Below, piece after piece: positions 50,141-63,304 of a DNA stretch of 64,000 bases (positions within the stretch are counted from its first letter, which is position 1; each line of letters opens with the position of its first letter). The translations under genes were made by a program, and so were the position numbers. Under the pieces are notes generated by a model that was not told the DNA's origin, made no database searches, and saw nothing but the letters and a program-made list of their open reading frames with translations. Source of the DNA: Felis catus (taxonomy: Eukaryota); the NCBI RefSeq assembly GCF_018350175.1, contig NC_058368.1, positions 194,620,001-194,684,000 of the forward strand. Direction: 5' to 3'.

Positions 50141-50499
50141 TAGAAATAGAACAAATCTTTCAAGCTACCTTGTTTCAAGACCACTTACATTCATCAGATG
50201 GAGAAACAAATCCTCTGCAAGTCCACCTTGATTCACTTTCAGTTCTAGACCAGGTGTGGGGTCCAAAACCACAGCTAATAACCAGATTATTCCCTTTGCT
50301 TTGCATAAATCTCCTTTGCAGATCTTGCAGGGACTGGTGGCCAACTAAGGATAGGATTATTCTTTACTCACATAATCAAACACCATCACCTTATTATCTC
50401 AATCTCACCATGACTTCTGCTAGTGGTATTATCCATGAAGATAGGAAATGCAAAATGGGCAATTCTGGTAATGAGTGGTAATGGGAGTGGAGGCTAAAT

Positions 50500-50697
50500 T
50501 TCCTTTTGAGATGCCAGTGGACATCTATCAGGCAGCTGAATCAACAGGAGCTCAAGGAGAATTCTAGGCTGGAAAGACAGATTTGGTCATAAGTGTATAG
50601 ATGGTGACTGACATCATAGAAGACACGATTTTGTAGGGACAATATATAAAATGAGAAGACAGAGCTTTAAGAACATAACCCCAAGGAACACCTACCT
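50500..50697 (-). mobile_element. L2 fragment
   Basis: gtggacatctatcaggcagctg...ggagctcaaggagaattctaggctggaaagacagatttgg. Confidence 0.7.
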
Positions 50698-51423
50698 TGT
50701 GGGGAATAAGCTTAGGAATTCCCTAAGCCTGCACTGATGGGTTAACAAGGCATAAAGAATTAGAAAGCACCCAAGTTTGGGTAAACAAGATTAAGTAAAT
50801 TAGAATAGGCAAAGTGGGGCAAAGGCCCCCAGTATAGGACAAAGATATAGGAAGAGGGAATTTCACGATGAAAACATCGGAAGATGAGGTAAACAAGATT
50901 AGGTATTCAGGGCAGAAGTGCCCCTGCAACTCAGTACTATAGCAGAAAGCTGCTGTCACAGGAAGGAAGGACCAAAATAGGTAAATAGGGCTATAGACTG
51001 CTTCAGAACAAAGTTGCCCAAAGCAGAGCTAATTAGCAAAAGAAAGGTGCCTTTTTGACCCTGAGGTAGCATGCTCTGTCTTTCTTGTCCCCTAGGCCAG
51101 ATTAGGTAAACAGAGGTAGGGCCTCTGTAAACAACCTTCAGCCCAGCCCAGCCAGGATTTTGTTTTGTATCAACCCAAACCCCTAACCTGGCACATCTCA
51201 AAACCCCCTTTCCCTCACACCCATGAGTTAATGTTCACGATTTCATCGTCTCTGTGTGCACACCCAAATACCATATTTGTAAACCTTCTGATCCTAATAA
51301 AAATGGAACAAGGACCCTTAATTGGGGCTCTTGTCATCTCCTGGACATTAGTCTCTGTCGCATTTTTAATCCTGCAGCCTGCTTTCTTGCTAGACAAGAA
51401 CTCCAGACCCAGAGTCTACAACA
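50698..51423 (+). mobile_element. Probable ERV solo LTR (~726 bp, carnivore ERV1-like)
   Basis: TG...CA termini, internal repeats ggtaaacaagatta, AATAAA at ~51296 followed by a U5-like segment; flanks are unrelated ancient repeats. Confidence 0.6.
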
Positions 51424-51989
51424 GTCCTTAACCTTTTAGAGCCTCATTTTTCTTGTCTGTAAAACAAGGATTAAAAACAGTTTGGTGATGAGGAGTGAAT
51501 GAGCTAATGCATGCAGACATCCAGTAGTTTCTGGTGTATAATACACGCTAAATAAAGGTCAATGGCTAATTTTGATACTTCTCTGAGAGGGCAGGGAATG
51601 AGATAGGGGGAGAAGCTGGTAAGAAGCACAGGTCGCGAGAGACATCACCAGAGATGGCTTCTATTTTTTCTGTGAAGTAGAAGGCAAAGCTGCCTTTCAA
51701 AAGTGAAGACAAGGTGGTGAGATCGGAGGCTTGGAGATGGGGATCAAGAATGGTAAAAACTTCCGAGCTGCTCTGCAGTCCACAATTCTGGGTTAGGATA
51801 TAAAATTGTGAGCACACTGTACCAGTGCTTTGACTTAGAATCCCGGGGGTAACTTCTATTTCCAACCTATACTCAGCACTTCCTTTGACCCCACCCACCC
51901 TGATTAATTTCCCTGTTTCTTCCACATGGGACTGTGAGGTCCCTGGAAGTGGGATAGCGCCCAAAGCACACACTATACGTAATGTACAC

Positions 51990-52240
51990 CGGTTAGAACA
52001 TGATTTCTGGTACCAGACTGCTTACACCCAAACCCCAACTCCATCATTCACAATCTGTGGAACGTTGGCTAAATTCTTTAAGGCTGCTAAGCCTCAGTTT
52101 CCAAATTTCTAGAACAGGGATCCAACAAGAGAGAAGTTGTAGTTAGAGAAGATTTAGATAAAGTAATCCATGCAAAATGCTTAGCACAGCACCTGGTCAT
52201 AACAAAAATCTCAGCAACTATTATTTATAATAATAAATGC
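51990..52240 (+). mobile_element. MIR SINE
   Basis: taagcctcagtttccaaatttc...aatccatgcaaaatgcttagcacagcacctggtcata. Confidence 0.8.
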
Positions 52241-52949
52241 AATGATTTAAACCAGCATGCAGCAGGTTTGGGGTGTTGGATAGGGATCAGTTCTAACCCA
52301 GAAGGGAATGTAGTAATACAAAGTTAGTGGTGAAGTTGAAAAAGACATGAAAAAACATGAGGGGCTTTACAAGCTGGAGGCAGCTCTCCCCACTGAGCAC
52401 TGTCTGAGAAAAGGCTGTTTGCCAGGGCCTCTGAGCCCAGACATCTTCTCCAAAATAATTGAGAAATATGTTCCTCATGCATTCCTAATTGGAATATAGC
52501 AGATGGCAGAGGCCCTTGTTTAATGAAATATGTCCATTCGATTAAGCTGGGCCATTGGGGATTTAGGAACTTCAATGCAATCTCATTGCTATCTTTCCTC
52601 TTTGGAGACCAGGGAAGTTTCGGGGATTTTTACAAACTTGGATTAAAGGTCGGAGAGGGAACGATGCCAGTGGAGGAGTCTCGAAACCAAAGAGTCAATC
52701 TTTTATGTTTCTGGCTCGATCTACATTTTCATCTGTGGCAAAGAACCATTGTGTGGAGTGTCTCCTATGTGAGCTCTGGGCACGGGTGGAGCACAGAGCT
52801 GATCAACCAACCTATTTATGAGCCAAGCAAACTGAACTGATTGGGATTCTCGACACTCAGGCTACAAGTTTCTTCCTCTGTACCCTACTAATGCTAGTCC
52901 CTCTGGCTAAGATACCTTTCCTGCCTATTACCATATGCTCAAGACCCTG

Positions 52950-52953
<4 letters not shown>

Positions 52954-52997
<44 letters not shown>

Positions 52998-53007
52998 CAC
53001 ACACATG
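52954..53007. repeat. (TG)19-(CG)n-(CA)n alternating purine-pyrimidine tract
   Basis: Direct reading. Confidence 0.95.
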
Positions 53008-53229
53008 GGTACGCATGAGCACACACACAAGTATAACCTCCTCTATGAAGACATCCTTAATTTCCATACCAAAAAGACAATACAAAACCCCCAAGGAACT
53101 TCATCTAAAGCTCTTCAATGACACATTACTTTTCACTTTGAATTATTTTTGTTCATGTCTGTACAAGACTTTCTTGAGATTATGTTGATCTTCTTCCTAA
53201 AGGTGAGGGCCACAGAGGTGGCTTACTCT

Positions 53230-53454
53230 TTTTTTTTATTTTTTGTAATGTTTCTTTATTTTTGAGACAACGTGAGAGACAGAGTGCAAGCAGCAGAGGG
53301 GCAGACAGAAGGAGACACAGAATCTGAAGCGGGCTTCAGGCTCTGAGCTGTCAGCCCAGAGCCCGACGCGGGGCTCGAACTCACGAGCTGCGAGATCATG
53401 ACCTGAGCCAAAACCAAGTCAGACTCTTAACCATCTGAGCCATCTAGGTGCCCC
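53230..53454 (-). mobile_element. CAN-SINE
   Basis: gagcccgacgcggggctcgaactcacg...gagccatctaggtgcccc. Confidence 0.95.
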
Positions 53455-53469
53455 TGATTTGTAGGGTTT

Positions 53470-54812
53470 TGAAACATTTTCTTCCCTTGGTTTCTGGGAT
53501 ACTACGTGTTCCTTGGTTTCTTCCATATTCACTTGCTGTTCTAAGTCTCCTTTGATAATCTTTCCTCTCTTCCAAGTTTCTAAATGTACTGCTTTAAGAT
53601 TCAGTCCTTAGACCTCTTTTTGTTTCTTCCTATTCTCACTCCTCACATGGTCTCATCCAGTACCAGGGCAATTTATTTTGAAGATGTGTTTTTCTTTTAT
53701 TTATTATTTATTTATTTTTAAAGTTTCTCTTTTAATTCCTGTTAGTTAACATACAGTATTAGTTTTAGGTGTATAATATAGTGCTTTAACACTTCCATCC
53801 ATCACCCGGTCCCAGGACTTTAAACACTATCTGGTGTTCTAAAACACCCGAATCTACAGCTCTGGTTCTTCTGACTATTCCCTTGTGATCCAGACTTAAC
53901 TATCTAACTACCTACTCCACATGCACATGAAGAAGTCAATGACATCTCACATTTAACATGGATAAAACAGAACTATGGATTTTGCTGCCCTGCCCCATAT
54001 TTCTATCCATTAATTTCTTAGGTCAATAAGCTAGGAGTCATCCTTTTTTCCTCTGACCCCATTCATTATCAAGCTTCATCAGTGATACCTCTGGAATCTC
54101 TCCTGAACCCCAACCCCTCTTACCACCTCCCATGCTAATAACCTGGCCCAGATCACCATCATCTCTTGCCTGAGAAATTACAACCTCTTCCTTAGGTTGT
54201 AATAGGTCTCTATCTCTCCACTCTTAGCCCCCTATTGTTTATCCTTCACAAAACAGCATAAACCAGCATATCCCCCCATTAGAACTTGCCTATGGCTTCC
54301 TATCACCTATAGGACAAAATCTAAATTCCTGGAATGACCAGTAGAACCCCTACATGACCCAATCTGCCAATCTCTGACAGCAAGTCCCGACACTCTCCCT
54401 GCCATTTACTGCAACTCAACTGTGCTGGCTTCTTGTCACTGAAACCAACCGAACTCAGCTCTGAAGTAGAATATTTGCACTTCTTGTTTGTTTGTGTTGG
54501 CATACTCTTTCCCCAGTTCCTGGCACGGGCACCACCTTCCTATCCCTGAGGTTCAACATTATCTTCTCTGAGAGAGGCCTTCCCTTACTACCTTAGCTCA
54601 AGTAGCCCCTCTCCATATTATTTATTGCTGCTATTTTCTTCAAAACCCATAACAGTATCAAAAATGTCTCACTCATTTTATATGCTTATATTTTAAAATT
54701 TCTGCTCACTGGAATGTAAACTTCTTGAGGACAGGGCCTCTGACTATTTTGTTCACTGCTGCATCCACAGGGCTTGCACAAAGCAGACAAATAAGTCTTA
54801 TGTGTTGATTGA
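53470..54812 (+). mobile_element. L2 3' portion with nested carnivore L1 tail (~53690-53810, minus)
   Basis: cccttggtttctgggatactac...catctcacatttaacatggataaaacagaact...ggaatgtaaacttcttgaggacaggg. Confidence 0.8.
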
Positions 54813-55112
54813 AGTGCCTTTGTTTAGATAATATGGAAAAGGGAAGATCTTGGACTATATAATCCAATAATCTGCCCTCTTAACGTGTTTACCTCCTTAA
54901 CTGCAATGAATTTCACCTCCCCTCCTTCAGCAACATACTGTGGTTGGCCATGCCAGGACTGCCTCCGTCTCCTATAACTGCTTCACCAGTGATATCAAAT
55001 TCAGTCATTCCTTGCTAAGTCTGGATTCCCCCTAGTTCCCTATGGCCCCCCTCTGTACCTATTTTTCCTCCTTCTGAAATGTCTGGCCCCTGGAATCCCC
55101 TTTGCCAGTCTC

Positions 55113-55115
<3 letters not shown>

Positions 55116-55166
<51 letters not shown>
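55116..55166. repeat. (AT)n microsatellite, ~25 units
   Basis: Direct reading. Confidence 0.95.
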
Positions 55167-55169
<3 letters not shown>

Positions 55170-55404
55170 CTCCTCTATACATACCCAGTGAAGACTTTGA
55201 TTCATCACTTAAACCTTTATTTGCATCCAAGATTCTAAATTATCTTTGCTCATCCCAAATATCCAATGGTTGGCCTTCTTTTCTCCTACATCCAGGAAGC
55301 TCTACCAATTGGAAAAAATTCTAGTTTAGAATCACTACAAGCCACTGTCCCTAGTGCTGCCTGGCAATCCTTCTATGTTTCCTTGTTCAATGTTCTTTCC
55401 CATT

Positions 55405-55574
55405 TATTTACATTTTTTAATGTTTATTGATTTGTTTTGAGGGCAGGGGCAGAGAGAGGGAGAGAGAATCCCAAGCAGGCTCCACACTGTCAGCTCAGAT
55501 CTCAGAAACTGTGAGATCATGACCTGCCCAGAAACCAATAGTTGGACACTTAACTAACTGAACCACCCAGGTGC
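55405..55574 (-). mobile_element. CAN-SINE (internally deleted)
   Basis: TSD tgttctttcccatt (55391-55404, 55575-55588). Confidence 0.93.
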
Positions 55575-56823
55575 TGTTCTTTCCCATTCAATACAGGTGA
55601 TGTTCTAAACCTTCTTTGACCTCACAAACCACCTACCCCTGACTCTTGCTCAAAGTAGACAACTGTATCACCTATCACAGAGACAATGAGAGCCTCTGGA
55701 TTCCATCCTTTATATATTCCTATTGATCAACCCCTCTCTTTCTTCTGTATTATCACCTCCAGTCTCCTAGATCCATTCCAGCAGCATTTAGACATGTAAA
55801 GATCTTTCCAATCTTATTTTAAAAACAAACAAAAATGTATGTACCCTCCCATTACAAACATCTTACTTCTCCCCTCTCTTTTGGAGTCAAGGATTTGTCT
55901 ACACTATCTATCTTCACTCTTCCACCTCCAATTCTCCCATCCACTCTTCATCATCTTGTAATATGGTCTTCTCTCCTATTACTCCATTAAAACTACCCGT
56001 GTCAAGGGTACAAATGCCTGTGTCACTAAATCCAAGTGGCAAATTTTAGACCATTTCTAAGATAAGCCCTTAATATCTGTGCAACATTGACTATTTGTTC
56101 ATCCTTGAAATGGCTTTTTTAAAGATCTATGACATTATAATTCCCTTGTTTTCCTCATACCCATCCAGATATTTATTCTAAATCTCCCTCAAAGTCTCTT
56201 CTTCTTCTGCCCACATAGTGAATTTTTATGTCCCTTAGTGTTTTACCCTTTGCCTCTTCTCTCCTTGCTGTACATTCCTTTAAGAAACCTCATTCAACCA
56301 CTTGACTTCAATTATCACATATGTGCTGGTGACCACCAAAATCTGTGTTCCCCAGTGGGAAACTCACTCTCTCTATAAATAGGTAGATACATAGATACAT
56401 AGAAAGATAGATAGATAACCTACAAATATCTAAATTTTAAAATGCCCAAAGGTGAATTAATTACCTTTTCCTTTTTCAAGTTTGATCTACACCTAGCATT
56501 CATTCTCTTCATGAACAACACGTTCAACTATGTAGCCACCCAAATACAAACTAGAATCTTCCTCAACATCTTCCACTTCCTCACCTCCTATATTTAATTT
56601 GTCATGAAGCCTTTCTAGTTCTACCTTTTCCTAAATTCATCTACTTAGGTCAAATCTACTCTTATAAAATTACCTGCATTGCTGACCTTCTTACCTCCAG
56701 ACTTCTCCTCCTAAGCAAGTGTCCTCACTACAGCCAAACTGACTTTGCAAAGCACAAATTTATTCATGGCATGTCCATGCTTGAAACTTTTATGGCTCCA
56801 TATTACCTTTAAAATAAACTCCA

Positions 56824-57044
56824 GGGCGCCTGGGTGGCGCAGTCGGTTAAGCGTCCGACTTCAGCCAGGTCACGATCTCACGGTCCGTGAGTTCGAGCCC
56901 CGCGTCAGGCTCTGGGCTGATGGCTCAGAGCCTGGAGCCTGTTTCCGATTCTGTGTCTCCCTCTCTCTCTGCCCCTCCCCCGTTCATGCTCTGTCTCTCT
57001 CTGTCCCAAAAAAAAATAAATAAACGTTGAAAAAAAATTTTTTT
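56824..57044 (+). mobile_element. Young feline CAN-SINE
   Basis: CpG-rich, intact A and B boxes; TSD aaataaactcca. Confidence 0.97.
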
Positions 57045-57449
57045 AAATAAACTCCAAATTCTTCTTCACGGTATAGAAGATCATAATGTTCAACTCCTGC
57101 TTATGTCTCCAGTCTCAATTCTTGCCACTCCCCCTCATAAGCTGAGCTTTAGCAAAGTTAAACAAATAAAAATAAATACAAATAAAAACTAAGTACTCTT
57201 ACAGTACATAGACCACACATGCTCTCACTCACCTTCAGACATTTATGTATGTTCTTTTTGTTGCTCAGTTCAATCCCCCTCTCCTTGGCCAGGTAGCCCT
57301 CATTCATTCTTTAGGTCTCTGTTTAGATAGCACTTCTAAAGTGATAGGCCCTTTGTCTCTTTGAATTTGGGTGCCTCTTAAGAGAGTTCCCATAGTACCC
57401 TGAATTTATGTCTATTAAGTCACAGTCACTCTATGCTTCAATTTGGCTC

Positions 57450-57830
57450 TTTTTTTTTTCTTGGAAAATTTCATTTAAATCCCTTAGTTAACATACAGTG
57501 TAATATTTGTTTCAAATGTATAGTACAGTGATTCAACACTGTGATAAAACACCCTGTGTTCATCACAACAAGCCCACTCCTTAATCCCCATCACCTATTT
57601 CACCCATCCCCCACCCACCTCCCCTCTGCTAACCATCAGTGTGTTCTCTGTGGTTAAGAGTCTGTTTTTTGGTTTGAAATCTCTTTCCAAACAGATTTAT
57701 TGAGCTATAACTTACACATGGTAAAATTCACTCATTCTAAGTGTACAATGTAATGAATTTTGGTGTATTTACAGAGTTGGAGTATAATCCTCACAATCTA
57801 ATTTTAAGGTAGTTCTATCACCCTTCTTCC
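57450..57830 (-). mobile_element. Two adjacent L1 3' ends (carnivore L1 ~57450-57680; older L1M ~57695-57830)
   Basis: gttaacatacagtg...ccttaatccccatcacctatttcacccatccccc; tttattgagctataacttacacatggtaaaattcactc. Confidence 0.8.
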
Positions 57831-60663
57831 TAGGAGATGAACAACTTGAGGGAGGTGCCATGTTTTGTTGATCTTTAGACCCTCAAGTCATAGCATAGCA
57901 TCTGTCACCAAGTAAGTACTTGTCGAACAAATAAAAAATAAGTGAAAGGAAAAAATTAATGTCAAAACTATGACATGTTTCATTTCTCTTTATCAGATAT
58001 GGCAACCTAATTTTGAAGCCCTCAATTTCATACACATTCCTCACCCTCTCTTTGACATTTCACCAACTTCCCCACATGGTAGTCACTTGATCAATTTGCT
58101 CTGACAGAGAAAATAAGACTTTAAAACATCCAAGGGGCCAAGAGATCCAGCACTGTGCATTTATGGGTGATTGAAGCATGCCTAGAAACTCATATTTGCC
58201 CCAAATGATGTTAGGTGCATTCCCCAAACATTTGAGATTTCATCCAGTAAAAATCGCCAGTATGGGTTAATGTAAAATGTCTTCTACTTGGGTCTTATTC
58301 TCTTTATTTTTCCTGCCCTTCTAAAACCTTCAAGCGAGAGTCAAGGGACCTATGTTCTGGACATAATTATGTCAGCAATCCACCAAGCAACTTGAGATAC
58401 ATCACTTCACATTTTTGTACCTGAGCTTCCTTAGAATATTCACCTTATCTCTCCTGATTCTGATTTGGTGAGGATGAAGCCACGCTAGAAAGCAAAACAA
58501 AGCACGTTGAAAAGTGAAAAGCACTGTGTAAATGTAATAGATTTTAATTGGCCACTCTCCTCTCTGGTTTACAGAAACCACTTTATTTGTTTAAAGATAC
58601 TTTTGTGGCGACCTGAATTATTAAAACTATCTAGAACTGATATTCAGACATACAAAATCCTTCATGCATAAAGCTGATGTACTCTGCTAACAGAAGAGGA
58701 CTTCTGCTCTTTCTTAGAGATGGCTCTCATTTCACGAACAATTCTAATGAATATGGTTATATTGCTTCCCAAACAATAGCAGATTGGAAACAGAAATGAA
58801 AAGACGCAGAGGAGCTACTAAAAGCAAACACCCTGCAAACAGGAAGGTTGGCAGCTGACAATAGAATAAAACAGAAACATTATAAAAGTGGATATTAGAA
58901 GTTAGAAAATTATAACCAGGGGATGTTCAAAGGAGGGGCCTGTGGTCCTTCCCACTGAATGAGTCCTACAGAGCAAAAGAGCAACGCTCATCATAATTCT
59001 GAGTCATCAGAAGACTCCACTGCTTGAGCGTCAATTCTAAAGAGAGAACATGTAATTTTCTAAAAAACAAATTAACTTCTTCCGTTCTTTAAGTCTTAAT
59101 ACAGCAATGTAAACAGAAATTATTTTGATCTCTAAAATGTTAAATTATTGTTTTGGGTAGCCAGATGACATTGTCTTCTCATGTTCTACCCAAGACTGCT
59201 TGCATATAGAAATCACTCACTGCATATGTAGTATTTTGACATGAATTAATGTCATGGGAAGTGACAGCATATTTGCAGTATGATATTGTAGATGTAGTAT
59301 GTAGTATGTAGATGTAGTATGATATTGTAGAAAGAGTTATCATCTTAATTCCTTCACTGTCCAATGAAGAAAATCCTGTAAAGTAGTAAACCCGGAAAGG
59401 TCAGCACACTATTTTATTATTACAGGGGATCATGGTAAAGAGAAACAAAATAATGCACCGTATGTTTTGCCTACTGAAAGATGGACTCTGTATTCATTCC
59501 CACGTGTTCTCTACTATTCCATACATGTGAAGAAACTGATGTGACATAGGCCTGAAAATTTCAAGTAGGTGTGGGAAAGTTTTGTTTGTAGATATTCAAA
59601 GAGACAAAGGAGACAATGCATTGCTAACAAGGGAGGAAAAGTGAGGTGAGTGTACGATTTCTTCCTAGAACTCTCTCTGCCTCTGGGCACATGGTCCACT
59701 AGCAAAATTGTTTACAAGACATTTTCAAAGTCCCTGGAGATGCTTTTGGCTCAATTAAAACCTGATTATTTCATCCCTAAAATCTGAAGTGAGCTATGAA
59801 ATTAAGAGACTTGACTATGTTAGGTTTCACATTTCCTCCCTTCCCAGACCCAAGAAATTAACTCCTCATCAGACTGATAAATAGACATTGCATCTTGCTT
59901 ATCATCATTATAAATTTGTGCTCCCCATAACTGACCTTCTTAATGAGCCTGGGTTGTTTGAGATAATAGTCAATAATGTCGACAATTGTTTATCTAGTAC
60001 AGTGACTGTTAAATGGTTTTTACTCATTTGTAGGAGGAAGGATGATAGAAGGACAGATGACTAATCATATTTATAATCGTAATCATGTAGTAGAAGTTAT
60101 AAATATTGCTAAGACCCTAATGAGTGATAGATCATCTATAGTAGCAGCCTTAACAGTCTGCATGCAACTAGCATTATGAACTAAATAACCTGATATCCAT
60201 ATGCAAAACAAACTTCTCAACCCATAAAAAGAATTTACTCAAAATGAATCATAAGTCTAAAAGTTAAACTTAAAACTATAAAACATCCAGAAGGAAACAA
60301 AGGACAAAACCTCTGTGATTTTAGAAAAGGTGAAGATTTCTTAGGCACAATATCTAAAGCATGATCTACATAAGAAAACTTGATGAAAATAAATTAAAAG
60401 CTTCTACTTTACAAAAGACACTGTTTAGAGAATGAAAGGATAAACTGTGACTGGGATGAATATTAGAAAAACAATTATCTGACAGAATATCAGAATATAT
60501 AAAAAATTCTCAAACTCAATACTAAGTAGCCAGATTACCCAATATAAAAAACCAAGCAAAAGACTTGAAAAGCAATTCCACCAAAGATATACTGACAGAA
60601 AAACGGCACATGAAAAGATGCTCAAGAACATTAGTCCTTAAGGAAATTCAAATTACAACTACA

Positions 60664-60881
60664 GGGGCTCCTGGGTGGCTCAGTCCATTAAGCATCCGAC
60701 TTCGGCTCAGGTCATGGTCTCGTGGTTTTTTAGTTCAAGCCCTGCGTCAGTCTCTGTGCTGACAGCTCAGAGCCTGGAGCCTGCTTCGGATTCTGTGTCT
60801 CCCTCTCTCTCTCTGCCCTTCCCTTGCTCATGCTCTGTCTCTATCTCTCAAAAATAAATAAATGTTAAAAAATTTTTTTTT
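60664..60881 (+). mobile_element. CAN-SINE nested in L1
   Basis: TSD aattacaactaca (60651-60663, 60882-60894). Confidence 0.96.
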
Positions 60882-61614
60882 AATTACAACTACAATGAGA
60901 TAACATGGCACACCTATTAAAATGGTTAAAACTAAAAAGACTGACCATACCAAGTGCTGGGGAGGAAGTGAAGAAGCTGAAGTCCTCATATCGCACAGAT
61001 AGGATTGTAAAATGTTAACAGTTGCTTTGGAAAACAATTTGACAATGTCTTATAAACATACATTTCTCATATGACATAAAAATCACACTTCTAGGTATTT
61101 TCCCAAAAGAAATGACAGCCTATATTTACCTAGAACCTTGTACACGAATGTTTACAGAATCATTATTCATAATTGCTCTGTACACACTGCAAACAACACA
61201 CACATCCTTCAGCTGATGGATAAACCATTTGTGGTACATCTCTACACTGGAATACTATTTGGCAACAAAAAGAAAGAAACCTTGAGGTATAGATATATCT
61301 AGATATTTGTACATCTATCTATATATATCTATATCACATCATGGATGAATCCCATGAATTATGCTAAGAAAAAGAAGATAGTCTCAAAAATTATATACCA
61401 TATGATTCCATTTAAATGACATTCTGAAAAAGACAAAATTACAGGAACAGAAAACAGATCCATTTTTTCCAGATCTAGATGCAGGTACAGGGGTTGACTC
61501 GAAAGGGAAAAAGTTGAGAATTTCTTGAATGATGGACTGGTTTCATATCTTGACTGTGGTGGTAGTTATGTGACTGCATGAATTTACCAAAACCCAGAGA
61601 ACTATATGCAAAAC

Positions 61615-61650
<36 letters not shown>
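61615..61650. repeat. (AAT)12 microsatellite
   Basis: Direct reading. Confidence 0.95.
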
Positions 61651-61653
<3 letters not shown>

Positions 61654-61769
61654 GAAAAGAAAAAAAATGTATTGCCTGTAAATTTTTTAAGTGGATATAT
61701 GTTGCATTCTAAGAAAAGCCACAAAAGCATGCACATAGCTAAAAATCTCTTTAAAATCTTTCAAAATAA

Positions 61770-61930
61770 TAATGACTGCTAACATGTGTTGAGTCCTTAC
61801 TATGTGGCAGACACTGTGCTAAGGGCTTTTTTACTTGATCTCATTTAACCCTCACAAATGCCTTTTGAGGTAGGAACCACTGTGATTCCCATTGTCAGAT
61901 AAGAAAAGGAGGGTCCTAGAAGTCAAGTAT
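61770..61930 (-). mobile_element. MIR SINE
   Basis: gttgagtccttactatgtggcagacactgtgctaagggc...ctcatttaaccctcacaa...cccattgtcagataagaaa. Confidence 0.8.
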
Positions 61931-63187
61931 CTACACTCTGACTTCAGTTCACAGCCCAGGTAACACATCTCCGGATGCTGCATTGTGGTCCATCAACCTG
62001 CACAGCATCCCCCTAAAACTGAACTGGAACCTGGAGCCCAGTCTCAACCCTGGTTTGCTACCAACACACTGTGCGAGCATCGACAAGTATTTGACCTTCT
62101 TGTGCTTTCTTATTTCAAACTCCAAGGCACTAGAAAAATGAGGTCTGTTTCCATTTATTCTTAATAAGTGGAAATAAGCCTATGACTAGGATTTAGTTAC
62201 TTGCTGCCTGCAAAGACTGACATTTTCTGACTTATCTGGGTTCTTGCTCTCCTGCTACCCTGTTGGGTGCTAGTGTGTAAAGTTCCACTATTAGTTCTTT
62301 ATTCCTTAAGATAAAAGCGCAGTGGCCTGAGAATGGTACTATGTGCTTGGTATAACCCCTGGAGTCCAGGAGTAGGTGCAGGGATTGTCCAGGTTGCTCA
62401 CAAGTTGTTTCAGGTTGTTTATAGTCTAGCAGATGAGACAGAAAAATGAATAACAGTGACCCAGGATATTGTGCTGTGTCTTGAGTTCTTTGCTGGGAAG
62501 CAGCGGTAGGCAAAACTATGGGCTATGGAGACAGGGAGAGCTGGCTTTAAGGCTTCTCTTTATGCTCAGCTTTTTCATCTACAAAATGGAAGAATAACAA
62601 GATGTATGGGGTGACTGTGTGCCTCACTGAGGCACTGTACGTAAAGTGTAGAGAACCCTGCATAGTATAATGATTAGGGTTTCTCACAACTGTTACTGTG
62701 GTATTAAGAAACTGGACAAATTGAACATCTTTCTTGAACCAAAGAAGAAAGGAAGAAACAAACCCTCAGAGAGGGTAAATAAGTTGTTCAAGGTCAAATA
62801 GCTGGTAGAATTCAAAATATTATACAGAGCAGTGTAGCACTTGAATGGGAGATTTGGCTAAATGTTTTAATATCACGAAATTCTGTATGTCTCTGACCTT
62901 GTAGAGTACGCTGTACCCTTCATTTTCCCTTGAGATCCCCTTTCTATCACCATCTCTAACTAGAAGTTGGCAAGAACTATAAATCCCTACTCTCCTGTGC
63001 CATGGTAGAAGGGTTCTTCGATGAGATTGATCTCTCCATCCTTCTTTAGGGTAACACATTGTTCCCACAGGAAAGATGGCTGCCCAGAAATGATGCTGTA
63101 TTTGGCAACATCTTCACTCATGTATTATCTTCTGTTCCTCACTGGAGACACCTCTGGCACTCTCTGCAATTCCACTTATGTGACAGT

Positions 63188-63238
63188 TTCTTCTTCTTCT
63201 TCTTCTTCTTCTTCTTCTTCTTCTTCTTCTTCTTCTTC
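63188..63238. repeat. (TTC)17 microsatellite
   Basis: Direct reading. Confidence 0.95.
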
Positions 63239-63304
63239 TTTTTTGCACCCTCGCAAAGTGGTTATATAATTAACAATGCCTGATGTCAATATATGACTCT
63301 ATAT

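Larger units (their letters stand above)
54870..57945 (+). mobile_element. Long L2 remnant with nested SINEs, L1 tails and microsatellites
   Basis: ctccattaaaactacccgtgtcaaggg...tgacttcaattatcacatatgtgctggtgac...cattctttaggtctctgtttagatagcactt; 5' boundary uncertain. Confidence 0.7.
60180..61690 (+). mobile_element. Old L1M (L1MC/MD-like) ORF2 end and 3'UTR with nested SINE
   Basis: aaaactataaaacatccagaaggaaaca, gcacatgaaaagatgctcaa, catatgattccatttaaatgacattctgaaaaagacaaaatt, cttgactgtggtggtagttatgtgactg. Confidence 0.9.

Noticed and set aside
52496..52510. CTCF site (atagcagatggcaga)
   Set aside because: Lacks the conserved 5' CC of the core motif
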